The notes beneath the pieces are model-generated. The model was given only the letters and a program-made list of their open reading frames with translations, ran no database searches and was not told where the DNA came from. From Eledone cirrhosa (Eukaryota), in contig OZ024743.1 of the NCBI GenBank assembly GCA_964016885.1, positions 254,262,001 to 254,326,000 on the forward strand: 64,000 nt of DNA, read 5' to 3'. The position numbers and the translations under genes are program-made. The first letter of the stretch is position 1. Every line of letters starts with the position of its first letter. This document shows positions 1 to 15,770 of the stretch, in pieces.

Positions 1-378
1 ATTTCTTTTCATCACACATATTATTAAACCCTTCAATATACAAACCTTAACTTAAGATTATTTTTCTCTTCGTTAATTTTCAAATTCTTTTAATTTATAT
101 ATTATCTTCCAACGGTTTTTCAACCTCTCTATGTAAAACAATATATTTTTCTCAGTTATAAAAGCTATCTCTCTCTCTCTCTATCACCCGTCTCTCCTCC
201 TATCTCATCCTTCCTCATTATACCCCCCCCTCCACTTTTTACTCTCATCTCCTCCTCTTTTTCATCCTTTCCAACATTTTTTCCCCAATATCACACATCA
301 ATCCAAAACTACTTTTCATATGTTGATTTAAAACTGCACTATTCACAAGTGTATTTTAACCTTCATATCATGTCTCCC

Positions 379-449
379 TATTTTATCTGACGAAAACACA
401 AATGTTATTGCATGATGATATTTGTTTTTGAAATGCGCATAATAAAATA
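379..449 (+). ncRNA. Type I hammerhead ribozyme (PLE pseudo-LTR type)
   Basis: Stem I TATTTTAT(379-386)/ATAAAATA(442-449); core CTGACGA 387-393; hairpin stem II; GAAA 430-433; palindromic stem III ATGCGCAT; AUA cleavage triplet. Confidence 0.8.
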
Positions 450-572
450 CATGGAACTCTTTTAACCATCTTTTGATCTTATATATTATTTATACTCTAG
501 TCCTACAAATTGTAGAGTGCTTCATATCCGATATCTGCATTGCTTTATTGTACTACAATAAAACTCACCTTC

Positions 573-718
<146 letters not shown>

Positions 719-1203
719 TGTACAGCCACCGGAAATAACATTTGTGAAATATACAGCGCCATCTACCTGTTAGCTAGCTACCTCACCGTGAAACAAAACA
801 ACCCTTAGAAGCTACCAGAATAAACGCCTACACAGGGGCTAAACATAAAACGATTATTTCTGTATAAATAGAGTGGTTGCAAACACTTCGCCAGTCGACA
901 TTTGGCAGTGTCAACCCGCGTATCGTTGTTCCTCGCCTCTGCCACGCTTTGTCACTCACACACGCCTTGTACCTTGTATCGTCGCTTCATGGGAAAATAA
1001 ATAGCTGATCGAAATTACATCTCTCGCCTTGCTTCGTCCTTTCAACTTGTGCTTTCGTCTGTTCATCCTTACCGTATGTGACAACAGTTCTTTTAAGGGC
1101 TATCTTCAGATCTGATCAGACGGTATGCGATAAGAGTTCTTCTAAGGGCTATTCTCGGATCTGATCAGAAGAGGTGACCAGACTGACTAACCACGTCGCT
1201 ACA
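719..1203 (+). mobile_element. Probable solo LTR of an LTR retrotransposon
   Basis: 485-bp unique block with TGTA...TACA ends between (TA)n tracts; TATAAATA near 863; AATAAA near 996; short internal duplication near 1086-1169. Confidence 0.55.
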
Positions 1204-1389
1204 TATATATATACACAAATACTTATATGTAAGCAAACACATAAACAAATATGCATGTATGTGTATATATAGATTTATATGTATATATGTGTGTATGAAT
1301 ATATGTATATATAGTATATATATGTATGTATGAGGATGATGATGATGTGTATATATATATATATGTATATAGGTATTTATGTATGTACG

Positions 1390-1540
<151 letters not shown>

Positions 1541-2947
1541 ATTCAAAAATAAAAGGTTGAGTTTTATATTGAATATTAATGTAATGTTGAAGTCAATGCC
1601 GTGAGATATTTGCCTGTAATAAAAAGTAGAGTGGTGTATATGTGTATGTAGGGGGAGAGAAATCTTGGTTGATTGTTCGCCTAGAGTGAGTGTGGGATGG
1701 GGAGAGCGTGTGTTCTGCATCTTAATTTGCATAACAAACGAAGATGATTATTCTTACCCTGCAATAAATTAATCAGTGACAGACTGCAATTCAGATTCCA
1801 AAATTTTTCAATATATTCAAAATGTCTTCCAATGAACCAGTTTTTTGACATCGAGTGCGGTAATTTAAATGAAAAGATTAAGTTCATTTAGCTTGAAGTT
1901 GTACTCTGATCACAAGAGGAGTGGGGCCTGGAGAGTAGGATGTGTGGAGGGTGGAGTGAAATAAAGTGGATGGAATCAGACCCAACATTTTCCAAAAATG
2001 AAGGAAAGTTTAATAAAAATAAAAATAGAATTTTTTCAGAAAATTTGAAAAACAAACAATGCTGATAATTCTTGTTGTATTTCTTCTTTATATTCAAAAT
2101 ATGAACAGTTGTGACATTGGGAAGTATTACTATAGTTTACTAATACTATGCAACATTTTTCAGGCAACAATATTGATCAGAGAATATAATCTGAAAGCAG
2201 TTAATTATCATTGATTTTAAGTCTGTTTTCTCATGTTGGCTCAAGCCTGGACATAGCTTTAGTCAATTACATGCAGTGATAAACAGTTGAAAGTACAAGA
2301 CAACATTCTTCGTGTGATTAGTTGTTATTATCAGTACACATTTTCTACTGAGAGGACTTGAGCAATGGGAAATGAATTGCTTTCCTTAAGGACACAATGC
2401 ACCATCAGGGATTGAACCTACGAGGAACATGAGACAAATACCCAAAGCACTAGATTGATCAATAGACAGAAGAACATTTTCCTGTTTGAAACATAGATGC
2501 AGGGAGGGTAGTATTGTTAAGAAGTTTGCTTTGCACTTACATGGATTTGGTACAGTCCCACTGAGTAGCAGCTTGGGCAAGTGTCTTCTGTTATAGCCTT
2601 GAGCTGACCAAGGTCTTGTGAGTGAAATTTGTATATATCTCACAATTATCATTTTTACGTTCATTTTCAATGTTGTTGTTTTTCTACTTGTTTCTTTCTT
2701 GGTCATCTTCAACAGCTTCCTTCCATGTATATGTGTACATGTGTGTGTGTCCATATCAGTACTTAGGTCCTGTTATGTAGCAGTTTGGCAAACAAAGACC
2801 AATAGTATAAGTGCCAGACTTTAAGAAAATAAGTACTGGAGTCAATATGATCATCTAAATTCTTGACTGAATAAATAATGTTGATAGTAAACCCTTGATT
2901 TAACAGACCCCACATTAACAGGTTTCAGATTTAACTGACTAAGTAAT

Positions 2948-3100
2948 GGTTTCTGATTTAGGCACAAGGCCAACCATTTTTGGGTAAAGGAACGTTGATT
3001 AAATCGAAACCAGTGCATTCCTAATGCTTTATTTTATCAATGCTGTAAGGATGAAATGCAGAGCTGACAGAGGCAGGATTTGAACTCAAAATGTAAATGC
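2948..3100 (-). mobile_element. Degenerate tRNA-derived SINE (same family as 50207-50382 and 53862-54050)
   Basis: Shares TTAGGCACAAGGCC, AGGATGAAA and GGATTTGAACTC (reverse B-box) with the intact copies. Confidence 0.6.
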
Positions 3101-3179
3101 TGTAACTCTACAAATAATAGTAATTTTTATTTCCAAAAGCTCTTGCCAGGTGAAACATTAATTAGCCTAAGATCAGTCC

Positions 3180-3815
3180 CGGATCTCAGAGACTCAATAT
3201 ATTAAACAGGATTCTGGCAGTGCTAGTGATGGTAGAAATGTAGGCACTGCCTATGAAATCAGGGATTCCAAGGCTTTTGATGAAAGACATAAACAGTTTA
3301 GGGACCATGCCTAGCATCCCAATAATGATTGGCATGACTTTACATGGTGCTCAGTTCTAATGTTGCCTTCAAGGTTTGCATACATTTTGATCTTTTCCAT
3401 TTCCTTTTCAAAAACATTGTGATCATGAGAGACTGCAATATCAATTAGAATCCATTTTTTACTTGTTTATTTTTACAACAGTGTCAGGGTAGTTGTGTTG
3501 GACTTTGTGGTTTTGATCTTGAGGTCTCAAAATAATTCTACTCCCTCGCCTAACAGGCCGGGTTCAAGATGAGTATGATCAGGTCACTGAGATTGCATTT
3601 TAATATATTTTTGGCACAATTCCCAATGGACTCCTTTCACTATAAGATCATGCTGAATTTTGTAACTTCATTTTGCTAATTGCTCACATCCAATAGCAAT
3701 ATCTGTCACAGATTCGTCTGTTTTATGGCATACTCTGCAAAGTGGGGTGCAATATTTTCCATCGATATTACATTTTACCCAATTCATTCTGATTGCCTGA
3801 TCATGTGTGACTGTA
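3180..3815 (-). mobile_element. Degraded 3' fragment of an R4/Dong-like non-LTR element (zinc knuckle plus restriction-like endonuclease)
   Basis: Minus-strand pieces CRVCHKTDESVTDIAIGCEQLAK, HNYPDTVV, LIDIAVSHDHNVFEKEMEKIKMY, VMPIIIGMLG match the R4/Dong C-terminus; stops and frameshifts present. Confidence 0.7.
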
Positions 3816-3826
3816 ATAATAAAATT

Positions 3827-5040
3827 AATAATAATAATAATAATGCTTTCTTTATTAACCACAAGAGTTGACACACAGTATAACATTAAGGACAACACAG
3901 GACAATACAAATGGGCATTTCTGTGTGTAAAAAAACAAACAAACACAGAGTGTGACAAAAGGAAACAATGAAAAATTCCCAATAGGGTGGAGACCTACGA
4001 GGGTTGCTCGTGGAGAAAGCTCACAAGAAAAGCCATGGTTACCCTGACTGCTAGGGCAAATGCCCTCTTCCAGTTTTCCTCCTACAATGCTACAGGCACA
4101 CGCTCAGTGTAGACCCATTCACACGGGCCATTCATGCCTCTCTCACCCACCTTTCAACAAAATGGCTGGCGGTCAGCACTTCTCTCTCCACCCTGATTTT
4201 CCTCTTCAGGTGAAATCTGAAAAAGTTAATGAGGGCGTCACCAAAGAGGAAAGTACCGATGCTCAACCCTTTCAGACGTGTCCACCATACAATCTCTTTT
4301 ACAATGGCCACCAGGCAGATAAAAACTGCCTGCCCTTCTCAGCTAAAGGAAGGCGGTGAAGCAATCTTCATGATGGACTCAGCTGATAGCCAGATCCGTT
4401 CTACACGTGACAGCAGGTGTTCGGCATAAACCCACAAATCAGCAATGCTCGGACACTGGACGAGTGCGTGCAGGACAGTTTCATCGCCCTGTGCGCATCT
4501 CAGACAGGCTCGGCTGACAGCACTTCCCTTGCTTGTAGAGTCTATCCCGAACTGGCAAGGCTCCTCGGTGGCACTGCCAGGCCAGGGATTTCTGGAAGTT
4601 GTCCATGGGCCCCGGCCCGAAAGTTCTCCCGAAGAGATTGGCTAGTTGGTTTTCGTCGACATCTAGAGTCTCCCCAAGGACGTCGTTGCTCTTTCTTTCC
4701 ACTAATCCTCTATAGAAAGCCAAGGTGGAGTTTCCAGCGATTGTATTGCTCGACTGGTCGAGGGCTGTAAGCACCTGAAGACATTCTAGTCTCCAAGCGC
4801 TTCCTCTCGGTCTTCGCTTGACCCAGGACTGCAGCTCCACCAAGGAGAAAAGCTGGGGAAACATGTGTCTAGCAAAGGGCGACCACACCTTATCACTGTC
4901 GAGGAAGAGGATAGTTACAGAAGATTAGTCCAGCCACCCTTTTTGGAACACTTCAAAAGGGATGCTTGCTAGGAACAGCAAGAACCCTCCGATACATTTT
5001 GAATGTCTGAGGCTACAGGTAGTGTCAACAAACTTTCCAG
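3827..5040 (-). mobile_element. 5'-truncated L1/Tx1-clade LINE 3' end
   Basis: ORF 4481-4888 (SLAWQCHRGALPVRDRL) continues after a frameshift into ETVLHALVQCP (zf-RVT CCHC); AATAAA at 3851-3856 on minus followed by an (ATT)n tail. Confidence 0.75.
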
Positions 5041-5787
5041 TTAAATAACTTCAATGACTGAGACTCAAAAAACAATAATAATAGTACTGAAAATAATAAT
5101 AGTAACACTAATAATAATGATATCTACTTTAGGCACAAGGACAGCAATTTGGGGGAGGAGAAAGTTGGTTGTATTGTCCCAGTACTTGACCTCAGCAGGA
5201 TTTAAACTCGGATTGTAAAGGGCCATAACTAAATGCCAATGTGTTAGATAATCTAATAACTCTGACAATTCATCACAGGACATAATCTATTTATGCAATA
5301 GTCAAAAGGAAAGAAAATAAAGAGAAGAATAAGTTTGACAGAAGATTAGAGAATTTCTATCTCTGTAAAAATGTAAACAAGTACTGGATATTATCATATA
5401 TTAACTGATTGGTAGTTGGCTGCATTAACAATAAAAATTTCCATAGCTAACGTTGTTCATATATATATGTATTTAAATATATGAATACATACATACATAT
5501 TTATTGGGTTGGGGCCAGTGACAGCAGTAATGACAGTTGTGATGAGAATAAAGGTGGTGGTGATGGTGGTGGTGGTTGTCATGCTAGTGAGGATGAGGAA
5601 AGTGATGATGGTGATGATAACCATCGTGTTAATGTTGGTAGGGATGACGATGATGGTGGTGATTTTCCTTCAAATTAAAATTTTCAACACTTTCACATTC
5701 ACAGATCTTATTTGTTTTTTTTTTTCATTAAATCTTGTGTTTTACTGTTTCATTTTATTCAACTTTCTAAGTAAGTCACATGTATGT

Positions 5788-5850
<63 letters not shown>

Positions 5851-5875
5851 CACATATCTTATATAGATATATATA

Positions 5876-5918
<43 letters not shown>

Positions 5919-5968
5919 TTATATATTATATATATATATGTGTGTGTGTATATATATATATATTATAT

Positions 5969-6000
<32 letters not shown>

Positions 6001-6048
6001 GCCACAATTTTAGTTGTATCTTTTATTTTATAAGAATTTACATTAATA

Positions 6049-6160
6049 ATTGTTTCTACTTTAGGCACAAGGCCAGCAATTACCCAGTGCATTACTGGTA
6101 CTTTATTTTATCGACCCCGTAAGGATGAAAGGCAAAGTCAACCTCGGCGGGATTTGAACT
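6049..6160 (-). mobile_element. 5'-truncated tRNA-derived SINE
   Basis: Nearly identical reverse complement of about 50271-50382, ending at the B-box. Confidence 0.8.
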
Positions 6161-6699
6161 TTATAATTTACATTAATAATATTGATGGTTTAGCAACCAG
6201 CTAAATTAAAGCTACGTCATGCATTATGTTCACACACACACACACATACATACATAGATACATATATATATAGAGCCATAGATAGATCACGGTTTAATTT
6301 TTCTTTTCCATGCTAGCATTGGTTAGAAAAGCTTTCCCATTGTTAGACAATTTAGATCAGATGACCATATCTTGCTCAAACAGAACAGTTTCTGGCTTGG
6401 TTTCTATGGCTGGATGGATGCCTTTCTTAATGCCAAACATTTTGATGGGTGCTTTTTATCGTGATACCTACAAGAAGATTTTATTGTATGGGCTGTACCT
6501 TTTTTGTCATGACATCAATGTGACCACTTTACAGTGTGGACTGACTAATCTTTGTTGTCACCAACATGACTACTTTACAGTGTGAACTGGGTACTTTCTG
6601 TTGTAGCACTGAAATGACCATTTTCCAATGTGGACTGGGATGTTTTTGTCACGTCCACAACATGACCACTTTACAGTGTAGACTGGGCACATTTTGTCA

Positions 6700-8242
6700 T
6701 ATCTATCAAATATCATCAGCTTGTGTCTTGTGAGTGCTGCAAACAGATATGGGTTTTTAGGCCTGCAAATGACTTACAGTGTTTTACATGAAGTTATGAA
6801 GTTGGCAGGTGTACAGCTCTCTCAATATAACATTGTTTGCCTCTTGAGTGTCATTATGCCACCAGCAGACTTGCATTTTTGCCACAGTTTGTGCATGTGT
6901 ATGTTGCATTTCCAGCTAGGGTGATTTGGTAATCAGCAGAAGCTCATGACTGAGAAGTTATTTTTCTTACCAAACTTGCTGAAGTATTTGCTACATATTT
7001 TGCATATTAAACCATAGACATCACAAGATTTTTGTGGTAAATCAACAGCAAGAATCCTTTCTGAAATCCTTTTAAAATTTCTCTTGTACTCAATATATCA
7101 CCCAAACAATTTTTCCTTGATAGGCCATCTTTCTCTATTTACTCCTGTGAAAGATTTCAGTTTCTCTGTTTCAATATTGATATTAGCTCATATAAGTGAC
7201 TCTCTAAGTGAGTCCTTATATCTCTGCCAGGGTTTGTGGTGTCACTTTCCACTGGATAATTCTCCTACAACTTCCTTTTGAGTAGCAAGGTGTCATAGAT
7301 ATGCACCATGTGATTATTCCATCTCAGTTTGTTTCTCGGAAACAGATTCAATGTTTGCACAATATGTTCTCTCAAGAAACTCAGTATCACTTACATGGTG
7401 TCTCCACTCAATTACAACAATCCTTCTGAGACTCGTTTGGGGAAATTTTCCAAAATATTTGTGGTGATGTATGTAAGTTACCCATGCTTCACAATTGTAC
7501 AGTTATGATGTGAGAGCAGATGCATTGTATACTTTTACTTTTGTTTGCAATAAGTTCTCATGTTGGGACAATAGACATGTCTTCCTAAAAGCATGACTTG
7601 CTGAATCCTGAGACTCACTTCAGAATCCAGGTGCAAGATCTGTTCACAGTGCTACCAATGTAAACATACTTTTCTACTACTCCAAGGTTTTTCCATACAC
7701 AAAGATATTAAGTTCTCTGTATTGGTTTCTGGGTGCAGATTGCAGCATCACCACAGTTTTCTCAGGAAATATTATCAGCCACAAGTCAGTGTAAGTCTTA
7801 TCAAAAAGGTGTTGGGTGTTGCATATCATCTTCTCTGTGAACCACAAGATTTCAGGCATCAGCCTAGAGCAGATCACTCACCAATGTCAAAAATACCTTT
7901 GTCTTTGCCAAAAACACCAAGCATATATTCCCCAAATGCCAATTTAAATACCATTGCAAGTACAAAGAAAGAATGTTTCCCGGCCTCACTCAATTCGTGA
8001 CATTTATGGGTTCAGAAATCTATGTGAACAACCATGCCATTATGAAGTCATTCCAAAATACTCAGAAATTTTCTGGTGCACCAGAATCCATCACAAAGCC
8101 TCTGTGTTCAACATGTGAAAAGCCTAGGTGATATAAACAAAGAATTGGTACATATCCATAATTTGTTCCAATTTGATTTACAGGAAATTTCCAAAGCTAC
8201 ACAATATTTCTTCAAATTTGCATTTATATTATACATTCCAGT

Positions 8243-8245
<3 letters not shown>
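6700..8245 (-). pseudogene. Highly degraded RTE-clade RT/C-terminal fragment
   Basis: Broken minus-strand pieces (WVTY, LDSEVSLRI, KFLSILE) align by eye to the intact RTE at 24124-27669; many stops. Confidence 0.55.
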
Positions 8246-8303
<58 letters not shown>

Positions 8304-8625
8304 ATATATGTATGTATGTATGCGTATTTGTATATGTGTATAATAATCATTTTCTGCCCAATAGCTGTGGTGTTAAAATTTTGCTTGGTCTCAAAATGGT
8401 AAGAGCTCAGTCATAGGGCAAAAAATCATATAATAATTACACACTTCTAATTTTAGTATTGAGTACTAAGCTGAAATATTCTTGCTAGTCTGAATCAGTA
8501 ACTCCCAATCTCTCGCTCTGTATATATATGTGCGTGTGTGTGTGGGTGGGTGTGTAGATATATATGTACATGAATATATATACATATAAATACATATATA
8601 TATATATATATAAATACATATATAC

Positions 8626-8715
<90 letters not shown>

Positions 8716-8859
8716 TTAGAAAAGCAGGAAAATGCTTATTGTAATCCAGTTCGTGGTTAAGATAGCCAGTTTCTTGGACGGTTTCCAACGTACGGTTAAG
8801 GGTAACTCCACAAGTTTGCAAGAGTATGGTTAGTAAATCCCGTTCAATCTTGGAGTATA

Positions 8860-9267
8860 AACAATAAAAGAGAAAAATCAGGTAAGCATTAAAAACAGGA
8901 TTTTATCCAGGTATTTACGACCGTTTCATTGGTAAGCGCAACCTTATATACTGTAAATAACAGCCACTCGATAATAACTGTTATTCACCTCCAAATTTTT
9001 AAAATAATGAATAAGTTACTTGTAAAAGGTTCTTAATATATAAAAAAAAACATTTTTGGGGGGAATCGTATTTACTCGTATAGAGAGGAAGGGGGAGAAG
9101 AATTAGGAAGTAGAGGGACAAACGCGGATGGAGGGAGGGGTAAAGATGGAAGGATTCCTCGATCAGTTTTGATTCGTAGACTTGGTGTCGTCAATTTACA
9201 GTGTAGGGAGTTAAAGATAATTAAATGTTTTATAGTGGGAGGGAGAGAGAGGGGGAACCATAGGGAG

Positions 9268-9303
<36 letters not shown>

Positions 9304-10909
9304 AAGGGGGAAGAGAAAAAAAAGAAGAAATGAAAAGAGAACAAAAGAAGAAAACGAAAAAAGAAAAAGGAATGAAGAAGGAGAGAGGGACATAAGTATT
9401 GGTTACTGTGGGTAATTAAAGGGGTTAGATTCAATAAGAGGATAGAAAGTCTAAGTATATGAAGTTTGTCAGGTGGTAGTAGCAGGTTAAGAGTTCGATT
9501 TGCACTTGTAGTGCGAAAGTTTTTCTTTAAGTCTACGATTGCAATAAATTGATATTTCGATTTTATTGTTGAGTAACTTATTCTTCGAACTCAAAATGTA
9601 GAACAGTTCAAGGTCACATAACCGACAGCTTCTTATACCACTCCCATATACAGGCGCGTTCGATAATTTTTTCCACTTCATGGTGTATTGCTGGTTACTT
9701 TCCCTCAGTTGTCAGGTCTCGTTCGTAAGAGTAGTTATCTAACGATGCTGGGAATGTTTCATTGCGTAACGATGTGTATACCAACGAGCTTTAAATGTAT
9801 TCCCAGTTGTTCCGATGTAATACCACTTCTTGTTGGCTGATTCAACCGTGCATTGGTAAACCAGGTTAGACTGCATACATTCATTATGCAATGGACAGGT
9901 TTCAGGTAGGTGGCAATTACAATTCTTGTCATGGGCATCTTTGGCATTATTGGTGGGCTGCGATGCCTGTACAAGTGTGTTACGTTTTGTTTGCCTTCTA
10001 GTGGGTGGTTGTGTATTAGATATTCTGTTGTGTTCGATGGTAATTGTATTGTTATTGTTATAAGTTTGTGTTCCGGTGTGGTTACGTATCTTTTTAGCGT
10101 TAAGCATCTTAATATGTGCCTCTATGTTTGGTGCCGTGGAGTAAGATAGTGTGATAGATTTAGTGTTAAGGATTTTGCTGTGTCTATGTGAATCTGGAAA
10201 GTACTTATTTATTATTCTAAAGACGGTAGAGGGTAGGTTGGTACCAATAGAGGTGTTAAATATGGGGTTATACCAAATATATTTTCTACTGCGTGACCTG
10301 TTTGATTTTGATGTTGTATTTCTATTTTCAGTATAATTGGTAGTTCTATTCGTAAATGCGAGTGTGCGTGTGTTTCTGGAGTTTGTGTTATGCCTATTCG
10401 TGTGTGTTTTGCGGAGGGTTTCATCTATATATTCTATTCTATCTAGTTGGCCTACCTTAACTAGTGCGGTATTGTAGTACTCCGCGTGTTCCTCGAAGAT
10501 TTGTCGGTTAGACGAGAGGTGGGAGATCCTAAGGGATATGCTGCGCGGAACGGACTTAATTATGGAGAGTGGGTGGTTCGAATTACAGTTGATGTATGCT
10601 TAGTTTTCATTATTATTGTGAAAAGGTCTTATTTAGGTTAAGCGTCTTGTCTAGAAAGTTGACTATTTTAGTGCTATATTCATACTATACTAGTAAATAC
10701 GATTCCAAAAAAATGTTTTTTATATATTTTAAGAACCTTTTACAAGTAACTTATTCATTATATTGAAAATTTGGAGGTGAATAACAGTTATTATCGAGTG
10801 GCTGGTATTTGCAGTATAGCGATATAAGGTTGCGCTTACCAATGAAACGGTCGTAAATACCTAGATAAAATCCTTTTTTAATGGTTACCTGTGTTTTTTC
10901 TTTTATTGT
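8860..10909 (-). mobile_element. 5'-truncated Penelope-like element (RT C-terminus plus GIY-YIG) between ~225-bp inverted pseudo-LTR copies
   Basis: Minus-strand SNHPLSIIKSVPRSISLRISHLSS, CNCHLPETCPLHNEC, VYQC...YYIGTT...FKARW, CRLCDLE...LLN; inverted repeats about 8860-9083 and 10685-10909. Confidence 0.9.
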
Positions 10910-11134
10910 ATATATATATATATATATATATATAATTGGAAGTCAGTAAAATCGAATCTCTGGCGGTTTGCAAGTAAATTCGGCCTACTTATATGAAATG
11001 ATGAGTTAGCAAAGCACTCGATAAGATAGGACCTCAGAGTAATAACATACGTTTAAATAGCTTGACAAATCAAACATTGTGGTAGGCTAAACTAACACAC
11101 AATACATACCAAAATAACGATAGAACTAATTAGG

Positions 11135-11212
<78 letters not shown>

Positions 11213-11216
<4 letters not shown>

Positions 11217-11793
11217 TGAAAATAGACGGAGAGATAGGAATGTCCATCACCAGTAGTCTGCTGAGGATCATTGGTATTTCTGCGCATTAAAAGACTAGAT
11301 ACCTAAAATCAGTGTGAGCGATAATTAAATTAAGTTATTGGGACAGAGGAAAGTAACAAACAACATGGTAGTAATGCAACGTAAAGAGAGAAAAAGAGAG
11401 ACAAGTCAATGAATCTTATTGTGAGCTTAAGTCCGACAAATCAAATGACGAGAAGAAACAGACACGTCCGAGCCACGCGAAAATTGAGAGAGGAAAGAAT
11501 TAACGCAGGTCAGACGGGAGGAAGTGAGAGAGGAGGAGTAGCAAAGAGTGAGTGAGTGAAAGTGTGAGGAAGGGGCCAGCCGAGTGTGTGTGAACAGCAG
11601 CGGGGGTGGAAGAAAGCAAGAGGTAAAGGAGAGAGAAAGAGGATAGCAGTAAGGTGACATAAAAAATACGAACCACAGCGAAGGGAATAATATATGTGAA
11701 TGACATATGGGGTGCTGCGTTGTTGCGAATATGATATTCGCTACTTTTCATTCATATGTTCATATTCGCAACAACGCAGCACGCCATTTTTCA

Positions 11794-11797
<4 letters not shown>
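11213..11797. mobile_element. Short element with TG...CA ends and 10-bp terminal inverted repeats (solo LTR or MITE)
   Basis: TGAATGAAAA ... TTTTCATTCA termini, flanked by (TA)n on both sides; internal hairpin 11713-11780. Confidence 0.45.
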
Positions 11798-11871
<74 letters not shown>

Positions 11872-12166
11872 GTTTCTGTAGGAAAGGTGAAGGAAAGGAG
11901 AGTGCTATATGTAGGATACAGCGCTATTTAGTTATGTAATAAACAACATAAGACAATTATTTCATTTACCAAAGGTAATACGAAGACAGACGAGCTGGAC
12001 ACAGATGTCTGAAACCGTTCGTCAGAACGAAGATTTATTTAAAACAGATGTGAGATATGGATTTCAAAACAAGGTCTAGAACTGTTGAAAGCGAGGCTGA
12101 TATAAAACAAAATAACGGACGTAATGTCAAGGGGAAAATAATAAATGTATATGTATATATATAAAA

Positions 12167-12197
<31 letters not shown>

Positions 12198-12474
12198 TAC
12201 ATATATAAGCATATACTTATATTCACACACTTACACATACGCACATGAACACATACATACATATATATATATACAAACACATATATATACATACATACAT
12301 ACATACATACATACATACATACATACATACATACATACATACAAACGTACACTTACACATGCGTATACATACGTACACATACACGTTTCTATAAATATAT
12401 ACAAACATACATGCATACACGCACACATACATATATGCATACATGTACACATGCATACACACTTATTAATAAGT

Positions 12475-12580
12475 TATTCCAATGATTTGATTAGGCATAC
12501 ACTGTATTTAAGGTTGAATGACACAACTTCGTGTGATTAGCAGCCTTTTGACATCCTAATCAATGAAACAATTGTTAATA
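12475..12580 (+). ncRNA. Decayed hammerhead motif
   Basis: TATT/AATA stem I, mutated core CCAATGA, stem II TTGATTAGG/CCTAATCAA, GAAACAATTGTT. Confidence 0.5.
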
Positions 12581-12759
12581 CTGTAAATAAAACCCTTTTT
12601 GTACTGTTGACCATGTTATTCTTCACTCTTTCACAATATATATATAAATATATAAATATGTGTGTATATATATATATATATAATAGTTAAAACAAAAACA
12701 AAGCGAAGGTGGTGTGTGTGTACGTGTGTGTGTGGATGTGAGTGTGAGAGTTTGGGGAA

Positions 12760-13200
12760 GAACGAGGTTCCATGTTCGGGTAATAGGGAAACCAGTATGT
12801 ACATGTGGTGGAGTGTAAGTCAGTGTGTGTATGTGAGGATACGCACGTGTGTGTGTTTTTGTGTGGTGTGGATGTATGGTTGCGTGTATGCGAAAATAGT
12901 GTAAGTGTTTGTGTGTGTGTTCCTGAATGTTTTCCCGTGGAGTATAGGAATAGATGTTAAAAATTCAGAGTATATGAGTGTGGACTTCTGGAGCGGTTGA
13001 CCACTGGTGTAGAATCCTTGGTATGGCGTGGAAGAATAGTAGAGTTGTGGGGTGGAGGAATAGTAGAGAGTCGTGGGGTCGCACGCAACAGGAAATGGTC
13101 GGTGGGTCACGGCAGGGCGAAGGATGTGGGAGGGTGGAGATATCAGTAGGAAGGTGACAGACATGCAGTGGTAGGGAGGAAGGCAGACGCACGGGTGTTA
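12760..13200 (-). pseudogene. Possible decayed Neptune-like PLE linker region within GT-rich sequence
   Basis: GFYTSGQPLQKSTLIYSEFLTSIPILHGKTFRNTHTNT loosely resembles the Neptune RT-EN linker with the cysteines lost. Confidence 0.3.
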
Positions 13201-13759
13201 GAGATGGTCTGTATGTGGTGTGGAATGTGTGTATGTGTGTGCGGAGGTGCGGTTGACAGGGGGAGGGGATGGGTATGTGTAAAAGGTTGAGGGAGAGGAT
13301 GGGGGATGTGGGGGGCTTGTGTGTATATTAGTGGAGGTGTCAGTGGGATGAGTGTGTGGGGTGTTGTTAGTGCGGGTGAGAGAGAGAGAATGTGCTGGGG
13401 ACACTATTAGTGAGTGTAATGTACCGGTGTGTGTGTGTGCGTGTTTGGGTATAAGTGAGTGTGTGGTAGAGTGCGTTTTACTATTATTGGTGGGGGGTTT
13501 CAATGCGGGTGTGTGACTGGTTGTAGTGTGGGTGTGGAGTGGGTGAAGTGTCGGTGTGTACGTGGGTGTGGGTGAGTGTATATGTGTTCGTATGTGTGTG
13601 GTGATGGGGAAGGTGGGTTGGGGAATGTTTAGTATTATTAGTGGTGGAGTGGTCGGATGTAGTTAAGTTGGTGGGGGTTATTGTTGGTAGTAGGTTGTGT
13701 GAATAGTGTGAGTGTGTGTATATATATACACACACCAACACACACACACATATATATAA

Positions 13760-14882
<1,123 letters not shown>

Positions 14883-15235
14883 ATATATATATATCGTTAT
14901 ATTTGGGGAGGGTCTATTGTTATATTGTTATAATATTGCCAGAAATAATAATAGAACAGACTCAATATTTGGTTTGGATTGGTTTTTGCTTCTGTATCTT
15001 TTAAATCTCCATAGTTAATTTATTTGGCAATCAATGTTTATCATTAATTGACTAACTGTCAAAAATACAAATGTAAATAGATATATATGGTCTATCAAAG
15101 GTCTTTCGTCACACATCTGTGACATCATCAGGGTACTATTAAGTTTCCTCCCATTGTATTGTAATGCCTAAGCCATTTTTATTTAATATAACAATATTTG
15201 TTTCAACACACGATTACATATCAACAATCTTGCAA

Positions 15236-15307
<72 letters not shown>

Positions 15308-15659
15308 GGCAGGAGTATGTAAATATGTGTGTGTCTATACGTGTGTATATAAAGATAAGTTGAGTATGAAAATGTATACACATGAATGCGTATATATATA
15401 TATATATATGTTTTGCAAGATTGTTGATATGTAATCGTGTGTTGAAACAAATATTGTTATATTAAATAAAAATGGCTTAGGCATTACAATACAATGGGAG
15501 GAAACTTAATAGTACCCCTGATGATGTCACAGATGTGTGACGAAAGACCTTTGACAGACTATATATATCTATTTACATTTACAAATGTATATAAATAAGT
15601 AAATATATATATATGTTTGATGTGTATAGTTAGATGTATGTGTATTCATGTATTAAAGT

Positions 15660-15709
<50 letters not shown>

Positions 15710-15717
15710 TATAGAAG

Positions 15718-15770
15718 GAGCTTCTACAGGACTAGTACTGTTTCATTCAGATGAAATCTTCAGGAAGCTC
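15718..15770 (-). ncRNA. Type I hammerhead ribozyme in the left arm of a ~120-bp palindrome
   Basis: Minus strand GAGCTTC-CTGAAGA-TTTCATCTGAAT-GAAACAG-TACTAGTC-CTGTA-GAAGCTC; 7-bp stem I, GUA triplet. Confidence 0.8.

Noticed and set aside
10804-10862. Hammerhead in the 8860/10909 inverted repeats
   Set aside because: Stem I and GAAACGGTC are present but neither copy has a recognisable CUGANGA; remnant at best.
11985-12035. Minus-strand CTGACGA near 12018-12024, and plus CTGACGATGGAAAC at 59658
   Set aside because: Could not build stems I-III.
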